From an uncultured Methanosarcinaceae archaeon (GTDB taxonomy: Archaea > Halobacteriota > Methanosarcinia > Methanosarcinales > Methanosarcinaceae): DNA of 64,000 nt. The notes under the pieces were generated by a model. The model was not told the DNA's origin. It saw only the letters and a list, made by a program, of their open reading frames with translations, and ran no database searches. The DNA is taken from assembly GCA_963833425.1 (NCBI GenBank), contig CAWHXP010000008.1:32001-96000 (forward strand), in the 5' to 3' direction. The position numbers were made by a program, and so were the translations under genes. Positions 10,669-23,038 of the stretch are shown piece by piece (the stretch's first letter is position 1; every line of letters starts with the position of its first letter).

Positions 10669-11424
10669 ATGGAAATTATATTTCTTGGCACTGGAGTTGC
10701 GATCCCAGAGCGTGGTCGTGTACAGTCCGGAGTTCTTGTGAGGCTTGAGGAAGAGCTACTGCTAATAGATTGTGGAAGTGGTGTATTGAGCAGACTTTCT
10801 GAAGCCGAAATTTTGCACACTAAAGTAGATACAGTATTGCTATCACACCTTCATCTAGATCACGTGGCTGACTTACTGTGCCTTCTGAAGGCAAATTTGC
10901 TATGCGGGAAGACCGATATGAGAATATACGGGCCTAAAAGAACGGAAGAATGGTTTTTAAGGGTACTTGGAGCTTATGATTATATTCTGGATAAAGTAGA
11001 TGTAGAAGTTATTGAACTATTTTCTGGAAAAGGCTTTACTCCCGAAGGCTTCGACTGCGAGATCAGCTGTGTAGACACAGTTCACAGCGTTCCAAACCTG
11101 GCTTACCGTATAGCTGCTGAAGATGGAGAATTTGTTTACTCTGGGGACACTGAGCCCTGCAGGAGCGTAATGGACCTTGCAGCTGAAGCCGATCTCCTGA
11201 TTCATGAATGCTCATTCCCTCCAGGCACAGAAGTCACAAACCATACGACTCCCAGTACACTTGCCGAAATTCTAGATGAATTTGAAAATGAGATCGGAAG
11301 CATTTGCCTCACTCATTTTTATCCGAACATGCGTGGGCATGAAAAAGAGGCAATATACCGTCTGCGAGGGTATTTCGAAGGAGAAGTGATTCTTGCTGAA
11401 GATCTGATGAAACTCGAAATGTGA
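10669..11424 (+). CDS. MBL-fold metallo-hydrolase, RNase Z/AtsA-like
   Basis: FLGTG, IDCGSG, SHLHLDH, YSGDT, IHECS, THFY motifs. Confidence 0.85.
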   Translation: MEIIFLGTGVAIPERGRVQSGVLVRLEEELLLIDCGSGVLSRLSEAEILHTKVDTVLLSHLHLDHVADLLCLLKANLLCGKTDMRIYGPKRTEEWFLRVLGAYDYILDKVDVEVIELFSGKGFTPEGFDCEISCVDTVHSVPNLAYRIAAEDGEFVYSGDTEPCRSVMDLAAEADLLIHECSFPPGTEVTNHTTPSTLAEILDEFENEIGSICLTHFYPNMRGHEKEAIYRLRGYFEGEVILAEDLMKLEM

Positions 11425-11925
11425 AACAATTATAATTGTAGAAATAAGCTTTCATTGTCTAGATGGGGAAATCCGATGAAGAATTAAAACATTCTTCAAA
11501 ATCCTCTGAATTAATATCCCCAAAATTAATTCCTATGTACTTCTCAAAGTAAATTTCTCTACTCATTTTCAACTACTTTGTGACAATCAAATTGTTGGGT
11601 ATAACACTTGAACAGCTTCTCATTAGCATGCTAGGGTGTAAATTTTCAGTCCACTTTCTTTTCACGTCCATTCCTTCTTTCTGCACATCCAACCACTTCA
11701 TGAATAGGTGCAATTGCTATCTTTGCTTCTCTTTTTATTCTACCAGAAGAAAAAAGGCCATACTTTTAAAAATAGTAGATTTCCAAATATCTTTTGAGAG
11801 AGTCAAAATTTACAATTGCGTGTATACTTGCACTAATCATCTAGATTCCCTTGATAATTACATTTTTCCATTCGGAGAATCTTTGTGTTCACAATGTTCA
11901 CTATGTAAATCTATATATTTTCTAT

Positions 11926-12014
11926 AAAGTTTTTCAATAAACCTCTAATGTTCACGAATTACTATATACAACTATAAGCATGTGGCTAAATTAATGGGTT
12001 TATTGAAATCCTCT
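11926..12014 (-). mobile_element. Inverted copy of the ~90-bp MITE family
   Basis: IR pair aaagtttttcaataaacc / ggtttattgaaatcctct; aligns to the reverse complement of 16874-16964. Confidence 0.65.
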
Positions 12015-12140
12015 ATAGTATTAGTTTCTCTAGAAATTGTTGTCTGCGTTAGTTCCTAGAAGGTTGTTCTGAGACTCTAGAAACTGTTGGTCTAGTGATT
12101 TAAAGAGATACGGGCACTATTATTTTATTTTTTGGAGAAG

Positions 12141-12781
12141 TTAATCGTTTAGTTTCGCATCATGAAGTGTTTTCACTTTAGAAAGCTGTTCTAATGTTAA
12201 ATAGTGAGCTCCTCTAAACTTAGTTCCTTTAAGGCTAGCTACTTCAAAATTAGCTCCTTCAAGGTTTACCCATCTAAGGTTAGCCCATTCAAGGTTAACT
12301 TTCATAAGATCAGCCCATTCAAGATCAGCTTCGGTAAAATTAGTCCATACCATGTGAGATTTTAAAAGATTAGCCACTTTGAGTATAGCCCAATTGAGCT
12401 CAGCTCCTACAAGGTTAACTTCTCTAAGGTTAGCTCCTTCAAGATTAGCCCCTCTAAGATTGGCTCCTTCAAGTTTAGCTCCATCAAGATTAGCTTTTCT
12501 AAGATTAGCTTCTCTAAGGTCGATCCCAATCAAATTAGCTTCTCTAAGATCTGCTCCTTCAAGGTTAGTTTTTCTAAGGTTCGTCCATTTAAGGTTAGCC
12601 CACTAAAGGTTACACCTCCAAGGTTGGCTTCCCTAAGATTAACCCCTTTAAGATAGGACTCTTTTAGGTTAGCTTCTATAAAGTCAGCACCTATAAGATT
12701 AGCTCTATTAAAGTTACTCTCGTTAAGGTTAACTCTTTTAAGGTTAGCCCGGTTTATTTTAACTTTTAGAATTTCCTGCAT
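12141..12781 (-). pseudogene. Pentapeptide-repeat protein, frameshifted
   Basis: A(N/D)LxG/E repeats split across two frames (12530-12781 and 12141-12533). Confidence 0.8.
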
Positions 12782-14019
12782 ACCATAGCTCCTTTATTTT
12801 TTCCACAAATTTTTGTTTTTCTTGTATCAACTGTAAATAAAAAGAAATATTGTTATCAAGATCCTAAATATATATTCTCCATAATATGGTTATCGTATAT
12901 ATTATATATAGTAATAAAAAAGACTTCTCATAAAATAGTCCGAAATCAAATAAAAATTCAATATTAAGTATATATTTATTCTCTTTGAAAATGTTTGTTA
13001 ACTATGTGCATTATTATACATATGTACCCGCTCGGAATAATTTAGCAAAAAAGAATATTTTGACCTTAGATGTATAACAATGCATACTTAGAAAATTAAA
13101 TTTTATGAAAGAATTTTCTCGAAATTGTCTTTAATCTAAAATAGATATATTTAGGGTTCATTATAATTTATCTGTGTGTTTCTTATACTTTTTTCCCATT
13201 TACTAGAAAATGTGATCGGTAGAAATTTGTACATGCCTATAAGTCATGGAATCATCGAGTTATCAAAATCATAGGCAAAGTTCATAGATATAAATATGAA
13301 ATAGATAAAGTAATGCGTATCTAGTTAGGGAACAGAAATCAGAAAAGGAGATTATGGGATTGAGTGAAAATTTTACAGAACTTTCGGGCCACTGCCAAAT
13401 CTTTTTCCGAAACCATTTATTTAAGCATCTTCTCTTTGATTTTCATGCAAAACTCTTCTCAACTTATAAAATTTTCTCGATATTGTTAATTTCGCAAATG
13501 ATTTATGAATATCAAACTATTAAGTAAATCTCTGTATAAATCTCGTCACCCTCCTGTTTCATCAGGCCTCTAAGAACAGTTTTTTTGTTTAATGAAATTT
13601 ATAGATATAAATTTTATTTTTCTCCCAAATTTCATAATTGTTTCAATTTTAGTTGTGCTAGGAATTTTGTTGAATTATATTTAATATTGAATATATATCA
13701 TTTAGATAAAATTATTTAATACAACGTTAACCACTTATCTAATTAGCTTTTTTAGTTAAATTAATTGAAATTGGATAAGTATTAAAATCGCTTATATACT
13801 ATCAATAGAAATAGTTGTGAAGTAAATTTTTATATATTCTTTTTAAACATAAATTAGTTAAAAATCAAATCAATTTTTATAATTTAATTTTGGTTTCTAA
13901 AATTGGGTTTTTTTAAAATTTAAAAATTATTTAACAGTCTGTAATGTGAAAGAAACCTTATTTGATTATCGATTCACTTATTCAATAAAAGTGATCCTTA
14001 AATAAAATGGTAGAAGGAT

Positions 14020-14873
14020 TTAACCTCCCGAAAGTCCGATTTCCGAGGTTGGATTATATACTCTATTGTTTGAATTATTCCATTCTGTACTATTCACTAT
14101 AGTTTGTCCTTCGAGATTCTGGCAGAAGTTGATGAAGTCTTTAACAGTCCCAGTAGGTGTTCCTTTAGTTAGAGATATCAGATTTCTTTTAAGTGGATAA
14201 CTTCCATTTTGAACGGTCTGTTGTGTAGGGGTGATGTTGTTCACTGATAGTACTTTAACTTCATTAGTCAAATATGCATGAGAGATGTATCCAATGGCAT
14301 CTGAAATTGTAACCACTGATTGTAAAAGTCCGTAGTTAAATGTATCCACTTGAACTTGATTGCCGTATGATCTAATATTTATAAATTTTTCAAAATCAGC
14401 TCTAGTACCAGATCCAGCTTCTCTAATCTTGGGTACAAAAGTACCTTTACTTCCACCCACTTTGCTCCAGTTAGTGATGCTACCTGTATAAATACCCGCC
14501 ACTTGATCCAGGGAAAGATCATTCACGGAATTTGATGGGTCCAAAATTAAAGAACACCATCTTTTCCAATAACATACTGTGACAAACTCTGCGCTTCCGA
14601 ATTAGTTAAATCCCGCGATGAAGTACCAATATCTCCACTTCCTGAACGTGCATCGTTTATACCAACTCCAGAATCGCCACCACTTACTGATATTTTTACA
14701 CTAGTATGGTTACTATGTAAGCAGTGGCTAATGCCTGTGCTACGGGGGCGCTACGGAAGTCGAACCAGCAATAGTTATAGTACTGCAACCAGTTAATACT
14801 GAGTAACCAACAATCTAACGATTACTACCAAAACAATTAAACCTATTCTTAAATAATTGTTTTTGAAGTTCAT
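14020..14873 (-). pseudogene. Second PstS-family substrate-binding protein, frameshifted
   Basis: Upstream frames give IIAGSTSVA, VSGGDSGVGI, DIGTSSRD, IGKDG; the ORF gives ITNWS.VGG, REAGSGTR, IGYIS, YPLKR. ATG overlaps the MFS stop (ATGA). Confidence 0.8.
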
Positions 14874-16495
14874 TCTTCCATCACCATCTTTAGGGGTTTT
14901 TCAGAGATTTTTCCGGGTTTACCCTCTTCGTCATATTCCTTAAGACCTGTAAAATATTTTGATAAATATTTCCCTGCGTATTTTTCTAAGTCTAAGGCGG
15001 AGAACAAAAGTAACCCACTCAATATAGCTCCAAATAGAAAGATTCTTTGAAACCCTAAAAGGAAGCTTGCTGCTTGGCTCGCGGATAATGCAACTCTACA
15101 ACTAAGTGAACTTTGCGCTACAGCTGTAGCAATTATAAGTCCGGCAAAAGCATTATCTAAAACTGATCCTAAGTTTTTGGTTAGAGTCATTGTCGCGGAA
15201 ATTTGTGTTTTGAAGGTTAATGGAATTACTGAAAGCAACATTTTATTATTAGGAGATTGATAAAAACCATACCCCAATCCTAGAATAATCAACGATGGTA
15301 TAATGTACATCCAATTAGCTATGGTTTGGAAACTATGTATCATAATGGTGCTTACAATACAAGCCAAGGCTGCTGTAATAGCCAGTGGTTTCACACCTGT
15401 TCTATCTGCAAGCCCGCCGGCTATGATAGATATGAACGTGGAGGAGAACCATACGACACTAATAAGGATATCTGTTACGTTAACTGGGGTACCGATAACC
15501 TTCTGGAAGTAAAATGGTAAGGTGAAGAATGCCATATATAATATTATGTAATTTACGAGTAGTCCGGTTATATATGCAGCGAAAGTGAGGCTATGGAATA
15601 CAGTAAATCTGAATAAAGGTTCTTCATGCTTTGATTCCACATAGAAAACAAAATTCCAAAAATTGTCGCTAATGGTAGTAATGTAATGTCATAAGTGTTA
15701 AAGCCGAATTTTTGTGCTCATATTAAAACGTAAGTAAGTGTAAATAGCGCTACTGCTTGTAAAATTGCTCCTTTATAGTCTATAATTTTGGCGAATATAG
15801 AAGCGTCACTTGCATCAGGGAGTTGATTTTTATATTGTTGTTTTTTATCTAACAATTCAAAGTCGTTATCTGCGTCGGGTTTTTGAGTTGTAAATAAATA
15901 TACTATCATACTCGCTAATCCAAATGGGATTACTGCTAGGAAAACATATTACCAGCCGATGTATGCTGCAATATAACCACCAGCCAGTGGTCCGATTGCG
16001 TAACCTCCAGCTAATGCTAGAAGTAAGAATCCCAAAGCAAATCCTAGTCTTTCATGGGGGAATGTTCGATCCATTATAGCGTAATAAACCGATTCCATGC
16101 AACCTGCAGCAAACCCCTGAATAGCTCTATATAGAACGAGTGATTCTGCTGATGTTGAGAAGTAACAAAGCAACGAAGCGGTAATCCATATCAACGTTCC
16201 TAACATGAAAAATTTCTTACGATTCCATAAACCACCAATTCTACCTAAAAATATTACAGAAATAGTGAGGGTTAACAAATAAATGTTAGATATCCAGGTG
16301 CCTGTCATTACATCAGTATGGTAATAATTCTGTTATCGTGGGTAAGGTAACATTAACCAAACCAATGTAAAAGTTGAACATGAAATTAACTAGACATATG
16401 GTTAGTAAAACAAACCATAACTGCCTTGGATTATTCAGTGAGATCAGCGGGTTTATATTAAGATTCATATTTTTAAATTTCACCATATTTTTCAT
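14870..16495 (-). pseudogene. MFS transporter (DHA2/EmrB-like), fragmented
   Basis: Four consecutive hydrophobic ORF pieces with VNVTLPTI, W..NIYLL, GRIGGLWNRK, RAIQG, GPLAGGYI, FYQSPNN motifs. Confidence 0.8.
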
Positions 16496-16873
16496 CTAAT
16501 TATTTCCCTTTAATCTAATTTTTCATACAGTGTACCGAGAGTTCTGTAAAATCTAATCGACTCTGCAACCTTTTGCTTTTACTATGAAATTTTTTTAAAT
16601 GCCCCTAAAATCTCGAATATGATTTTTTTTTTCTTACTTTCAGAATCCTATTAAAATTTATATATATTATTTGCTTTAAAAAATTAATTGATATCAAATT
16701 ATTTTTTTATTTTAAAAAATATCAGAATTTAATAAATTCTATTTATAACTTAATTTTTATGTAGTTAATTTAAAATAACTTTGGTGATAAAACGCAACCA
16801 ACTAGGCATGTACATCCTCAGTGTGTAAAAAGAGATAGAATTTGCAACAACATATAATTCAAAAATAAACTTT

Positions 16874-16964
16874 AGACGATTTCGATAAACCCCACTTTTT
16901 AGTAGATAGTTTATAAAGGGTATATAAACAATTTGTTGGAATCAGAGGTTTATCGAAATCATCT
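16874..16964 (+). mobile_element. 91-bp MITE-like element
   Basis: 17-bp terminal IRs agacgatttcgataaac / gtttatcgaaatcatct; near-identical to 27661-27751. Confidence 0.85.
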
Positions 16965-17182
16965 TTAAATGTGCATTCAACGGGACAACAAGTTTTTGAC
17001 AGAAAAAAATACACTAGCTATTTCACAGTATTTCTTGTAGCAATTTCAATGACAACTACTGTAGTAAGCGACACAGATGAAATGCAGACACCGCCTAAAC
17101 GCACTTCAAGGCGAACACTAGGTAGGTACCACACCGATTTGCACTGCTAAAAGTGGAACGATTAATGAATGTAAGGTGGAGT

Positions 17183-17851
17183 ATGTTCCAAAATCGTAAA
17201 GATGCAGGAGAAAAACTTGCCTTGGCTCTTGAAAAGTTCAAGGCTGAAAACCCTATCATTCTTGCTATTCCACGAGGGGGAGTGGAGGTGGGATTACAAG
17301 TTGCAATGAAACTAAACATGGATTTTTCCCTCATCTTTGTAAGAAAACTGCCTTTTCCGGATAACCCTGAAGCCTGGTTTGGAGCAATAGTTGAGAATGG
17401 AAGCACTTTCATCTTTGAAAATGCTTATTACTGGCTCGCAGGGGAAAATATTGAGAAAATCAGACAGCAGCAGATTGTAGAGATCGATAGGCGTATAAAA
17501 GCTCTCAGAGGAGGAAATTCCTTGCCTGACATGAAAGGAAGAACCGTGATACTCATCGATGATAGCATTGTGATGGGTTCTACAGTGAGAGCAGCCATCG
17601 AACTCTGCAAAAATAGGGAAGCCAAAAAAATTGTGGTCGCAGTACCCGTAGCTGGAAGAGAGGCAGCGGAAAAGATCAGCAGTAAAGTCAATGAACTTGT
17701 AGTGCTTAAAATTTCTAGATACTTCAGGGCTGTCGCGTAGGCTTATGCGAAATGGTACGATGTCACGGATGAGGAAGTTCTAGATCTGCTAAGAAAAAAC
17801 ATACAAGAAAAAAAGCTGGAAAATTATAATTTGGATGTACTTGAAGACTGA
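17183..17851 (+). CDS. Phosphoribosyltransferase-family protein with in-frame TAG at 17738-17740 (pseudogene or amber readthrough)
   Basis: F.NR.DAG..LA, LAIPRGG, ILIDD..VMGST, VVAVPV. The frame continues FRAVA*AYAKWYDVTDEEVLDLL to TGA at 17849-17851. Confidence 0.75.
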
Positions 17852-18125
17852 AGAGGCTATTTTTGAGTTTTTTTAAGTTAACTTCAAACATCTAAAGTTG
17901 TTCAACTCCCGAATATTTTCTGGGATTAAATACTTTAGGACTTATGTACTTGAAGTACAAGATCAATGGTATTCAACTCGAAACTTCCTCAAATTTAAAT
18001 CTTAACTTTGATATTTGATATGACATCAAAAGTGCGTATAATACCACAAGTTTACACTTTATTGGAAACGACGTGGATATATGTGGACTAATCAATGGAA
18101 CTTTTACCAATCCTTTCTTTCCATA

Positions 18126-18900
18126 ATGAACAAAATTTCCATTGATTGTTATAGACGGGCTCGGTGGTTATCACATCCAAAATGTGATCTAACAGAGCTT
18201 CAGTATGCTAATTTACCATAGTTAGGTGAATTCGTTAGAGAAAAAGATACTGTTACAGATCCTCAAGGAGTAGACCCCCCTATATTGGATGCAAACCAAT
18301 TACTATGTTCATGGGTGGTAGTGTGATAGAACCTCCAGCAGCAGAAAACAACCGATATTGTGAACTCGATTACTGAGCAAGCCCTTAATATATTAAAAGA
18401 TCAGAAAAAGGAAATGGTATTATTTTTAGAAGATTTTCGACATTCTCAGACTTACCCAGTTTCAATAGGTTTATTCCTTAAATGACGCAGCAATAGCAGT
18501 ATACCCGCTATATCGAGATATAGCAAAACTCGTTGTTATGACTACATGGTGTGACAGATTCACATTCAGAGCTTGTATTCTAAAGGATAATTATAAGAAA
18601 TACAATTTCTTTTATCTACACTATAAAAATCAAGATACTAAGGGAGAGATAGTGACTTTATAGGAAAAGTAAAGACTCTTGAAGATTTTGATAAATTACT
18701 CCCTAAAATAAGAAAAATGCATTTTGAAATGTGACTATTGCTGATGACAGTCCACTCCATCAGTTGTCGGGGTGCATAGACACCATTTTGTCCCTTTAAC
18801 CAACAGTGATAAATTTATGGAAGACTTTGATAGAACAGAAGGCCTTGATAAAAAGAATTCATAAAAGGTTCATTAGGATGCGTGCAAGGTTATGAGTTAA
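18126..18900 (+). pseudogene. Heavily decayed cofactor-independent phosphoglycerate mutase (ApgM-type)
   Basis: Fragments LIVIDGLGG, TELQYANLP, AAIAVYPLYRDIAKLV, YNFFYLHYK, GKVKTLEDFDKLLP in mixed frames. Confidence 0.65.
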
Positions 18901-19854
18901 TGACAATTTTATTAGCAAATGCCGAAAAAATTGCACAAATTTGAAGGCTTCACATAATTTTTTGACAACTTAAAAAAATAAACTTAACGATATTAGAGTC
19001 ATTTGTATCCAGTAGAGGTATAAAATGTTTCAAAGTGTTATTTTCTGCACTAATTTAGAATTTAAGTCAAAAAAGCTATGTAAGTAATGTTCAAAATTGT
19101 ACATTAAAGTGGTAAACCGAAGCAAAAGCATTAAAAATATGCAGTTTATACGAAAATTTACAATAAAAAAGGGGATCCAAAATTTGCTAGTGAATAAACG
19201 AACAAATAATCGTGTTTTTAAGAAATAGTAAGTTTATTTTTAATATAAGTTGTTTGGCAATGTGCCGATTTTGGCATGAAAATGCTTTCAAATACCTTCA
19301 TTTATTTATATCATTATCTAAAGAATTTCATGTTCGTTTTCTTCAAAATCACAAATTTCAAAAAATTATTTGGTGTGAAATTCTACGCTACAAGAATCAA
19401 ATTGTAACCAGGCACTTGTTAGTCGGCAAAGTATCAAAAGTTTTTTAAATTCTAAAGACTCAGTATCCTTTTTCCCACTATAAAAAACAGAATTTATCGT
19501 TTTCACTGATGCATATGTTTTATATGTACCTCACTTAATAAATACCGTTGAGAAAGTGATATTTAGCCCAATATCCGTATTGAAAAAGCTTACTGCCATA
19601 AAAGCTGAAGCTTTTTCAATAAGGGAACGAAAAACGGATATATTTAGAAAAACATCGAATTTTTTCTCTGAATTTCTTCAGCTGTTTTGAAGTTGGTTTT
19701 TAAAATTTTGCGATTTCTCATAATCAACTTGCTAGATTTACTTTTACTAACCTCATGGAAAAAAAGGGGTTTATTTCTCTAAACTTGCACAGGGAGTTTT
19801 CAAGTTAGAGCTAGAAATTACATCACCTGTTTATAAGTGTTGAGCCTCAAAGAA

Positions 19855-19992
19855 TCATTTTTCAAATTTTCCCTTAAGTTGTTTCCAGCAGCTCTCATAT
19901 CTCTTCTCCTCAAATATGTATTCATTCCATCGTAACTCAAGAAGCTCTGGGGTCATTCTTTGGAAGGACTGCTTGTGGTTAGTCTCTGACAT
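19855..19992 (-). CDS. Small hypothetical protein, 45 aa (MSETNHKQSFQRMTPELLELRWNEYIFEEKRYESCWKQLKGKFEK)
   Basis: Strong RBS GGAGGTG 10 nt before ATG; below the ORF-track length cutoff. Confidence 0.55.
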   Translation of the reverse strand: MSETNHKQSFQRMTPELLELRWNEYIFEEKRYESCWKQLKGKFEK

Positions 19993-20469
19993 AATTTCTT
20001 AACACCTCCGGAAAGATGGTCTGCGCCCAAGTCAAAAAATTAAATAGCCTAAATAATTAAAAAAATAATGTATGTAATGATATATGCCCATGTTAGATTC
20101 TATGGCAAATCGAGTGAGAGTACTTAACTAAAGTTTAAAAAGTCAATTTTCAAATTCTTGATAACTCCTCCTATGAATAAATTGCCTGTATCCTCAATCA
20201 ATTTTTTAATTTCATTAATGGATTTTTATTGCAGTTTAAATCTATTTATTTTTAATTTTTTTTGTTTTTGTGTAAAGATGCTATAACATTGTATTTATAC
20301 ATATTTACATACAAAAAAAATTATGTATCCTGTTTATTAAATTAAATCTTTAACCAGAAATTATGCATTCACTAAATTTGACTGGGTTATGATAATAATG
20401 ATGTTGATTCAAAGATCAAAATATAATTCCTTTCTTTTTATTAGCTTCGAGGATCCAGCAGATTTTAGA

Positions 20470-20553
20470 TGTCCAAAATTATCTTATGATCTGCAGGTAA
20501 AGGAATGCCTGAAGCCCGATAGCAAGTCTACTTGAAGGCAGTTGGAAACCTAT
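20470..20553 (-). ncRNA. Putative structured sRNA family copy with its own promoter
   Basis: Minus strand gcttcagg-cattccttta-cctgcagatcataagataatttt. Upstream 20575-20650 is homologous to 8985-9060 (gttattactat.tagaatatatgca.aa..tatataa). Confidence 0.45.
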
Positions 20554-20762
20554 AAATTGAAATTAGATTTAACTCATTATATACTTTTTGCATATATTCT
20601 ATATAGTAATAACTCAAAATAAATAATTAAAAATTATGTGATTCTGATCTTCTGAATTATTACAGACTGCGTTTTTTCCCTCGCATCAATAAATGACTCG
20701 ATCTCAGCTGTACTGTAAATTTTTGATTCACCCCAAAATTTTTCCCTATCCAGGAAATAGCG

Positions 20763-21613
20763 GGTTTCGTTGCAAAAAATCCTTTCTAATGATACAATAG
20801 AATAAAAAGAGAACTAAAGATAGTAATATGCTATCCAATTCCTTTAAATGGAAGCATTATGAAGGAGAAATTATCCTATTGAATGTAGGATGGTATTTAA
20901 AATACCCATTGAGCTATAGGAATTTAAAGGAAATGATGATAGAAAGAGGAATTCAAGTTGCTCACAGTACTATAATGAGATGTGTGCATCAATATTCTCC
21001 TGAAATGGAAAAGAAGATAAGAAGACATTTAAGACCAACAAACTATTCGTGGAGAGTTGATGAAACCTATATCAAAGTAAAAGGTAAATGGAAATATTTT
21101 TACCGAGCAGTTGATTCAAATGGAGATACAATTGATTTCATGTTAAGGCAAAACGAAATCGAAAAGTAGCGAAGAGATTCTTTAATAAAGCTTTGAGTTC
21201 TAACCATAATCAGATTCCAAGAGTAATAGCCGTTGATAAGAATCCAGCTTATCTCCCTGCTATAGATGAACTGAAAACTGAAAAGAAGTTGTCTAAAAGG
21301 ATTGAAATTAGACAAGTAAAATATTTAAATAACATTATAGAACAAGATCATAGGTCTATAAAGCGAATCTTTAATCCAATGTTAGGATTTCAGTCTTTTC
21401 GATCTGCTAATAAGACTTTAAAAGGAATTGAAGCTATGGATATGATTAAAAAAGACAAGTCAATAATTTAAATACTCTGTTCTTAAAGAAGTCAAATGCA
21501 TTAATCAATTGTTTGATATCGTTTTAAAATATTGGTACATTTTCCTCGAATATTTTGATTTTTGTTCATTACTTATAGATTTACATATTTTTTTGAATTT
21601 TTTGCAACGGACC
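20763..21613 (+). mobile_element. IS6-family element with frameshifted transposase (ORF pieces 20828-21169 and 21193-21471)
   Basis: IRs ggtttcgttgcaaa / tttgcaacggacc; closely similar to 9361-10214. Confidence 0.9.
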
Positions 21614-21682
21614 AAGAAATATATGACATTTTTTACGCATCTGTGGAAAGCGGCTTTAAGGAAGAAAATTTTACTTTTTGAT

Positions 21683-23038
21683 TCACCTTCGAGAAAGTGG
21701 GTCTTCAGCGTAATCTATCGGAAGAGCAAAGATAAATGTGCTGCCCTTTCCTGTTTTATATTCCACCCTGATTTTTCCTTTGTGAAGGTCTATTAAATTT
21801 TTGACTATATAAAGTCCGATTCCGGCTTCACCATATCCCACGATTGTGGAAGGATTTATGTGGGTAGAAGGCAAGAAAATGTTGTCATAATATTTTTTTA
21901 GCAATCCTGCCCCAGTATCCGAGACCATGATCTCGAGCATCCCCTCTTTTTTGAAGGCATTAACTGTAACTTTCCCTTTCTCAGGAGTGCATTTTATAGC
22001 GTTACTTACTAAATTGTGCAGAATCTGTCTCAATTTAGTCCTATCAGCCCGAATATTTTCGATAGAATCATCAACTTTTAGTTCTATAACAATTTTTTTG
22101 TTTGAAGCAGATGAAAGAAAACTCGTTCTGATATCTCTTACAAGGCTGGCAATATCTACGTCTTCATAATTGAGACTTAGATCGCCGACTTCGAACTTCA
22201 ATATGTCAAGCAGATTGTCGATGATTTCCAAAAGGTTTTTCCCGCTTATGAGGATATTATTTATATATTTTGATTGTCTCGTGTTCAGGGATCCAAAAGC
22301 ACCTTCTAGCAGTAGATCGGAAAAACCTATCACAGAATTGAGGGGAGTCCTAAGTTCATGACTGAGGCTCATAATAAACTCATTCTTGACCCTGTTTAAA
22401 ACTTCTGAATCGTTTTTCTCCTTGATAATGGTTTTTTTAAATTCCGTTTGTACTTCCAAATTTTCTAAATATTTCCATTTTCCTTTTCTTTTAACAACTA
22501 TGCTGTTTTCTTCCATCAACTCAAGCAGTATACAACCGGAAAGTTCATCAAGCGGTAATGTATAGAGAAATGTTAGATTTTTGCCATTATTGAGAGCAAT
22601 TATTTGAACAGCTTTTCGATATATTTCAAAATAATTTTCAATAGTAATTTCTAAATTTTTTATATCAAAATTTGTTCTGAATCCTTTAAATTCTTTGGAG
22701 AGGACTTTTTCATATCCTTTTTCTACAAGTTCTGTTATCCCTGATTCAAAAGTGGTAATATTTTTGTGGAGTGGTTTGGCTGGCAAAATTTCCAACTGAG
22801 AAGAGCGGATAAATTGCTCGACATCTATTCCCGATTTTTTAAGTTCATTTTTTGCTTTTTCAGCAGATAGTTCATCCGGGGAAATCCATAAGCAATATTC
22901 TCCTATTTCAATTCCTTGCTTGAAATATGTAATAAGTAACTCAGTCAATTCTTCAGTATTGCTATATATGGCAGAGATCTGGTGGCTCTGCAAAACACTT
23001 GGAAAAAGTATAGGATTACTGTCATTTTTTTTTCCCAA
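21683..23038 (-). CDS. MEDS-domain sensor histidine kinase (HisKA + HATPase)
   Basis: N-terminal SHQISAIY...YFKQG...EYCLWI (MEDS-like); SHELRTPL, HNLVSNAIK, DTGAG, GIGL boxes. Confidence 0.85.
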   Translation of the reverse strand: MGKKNDSNPILFPSVLQSHQISAIYSNTEELTELLITYFKQGIEIGEYCLWISPDELSAEKAKNELKKSGIDVEQFIRSSQLEILPAKPLHKNITTFESGITELVEKGYEKVLSKEFKGFRTNFDIKNLEITIENYFEIYRKAVQIIALNNGKNLTFLYTLPLDELSGCILLELMEENSIVVKRKGKWKYLENLEVQTEFKKTIIKEKNDSEVLNRVKNEFIMSLSHELRTPLNSVIGFSDLLLEGAFGSLNTRQSKYINNILISGKNLLEIIDNLLDILKFEVGDLSLNYEDVDIASLVRDIRTSFLSSASNKKIVIELKVDDSIENIRADRTKLRQILHNLVSNAIKCTPEKGKVTVNAFKKEGMLEIMVSDTGAGLLKKYYDNIFLPSTHINPSTIVGYGEAGIGLYIVKNLIDLHKGKIRVEYKTGKGSTFIFALPIDYAEDPLSRR

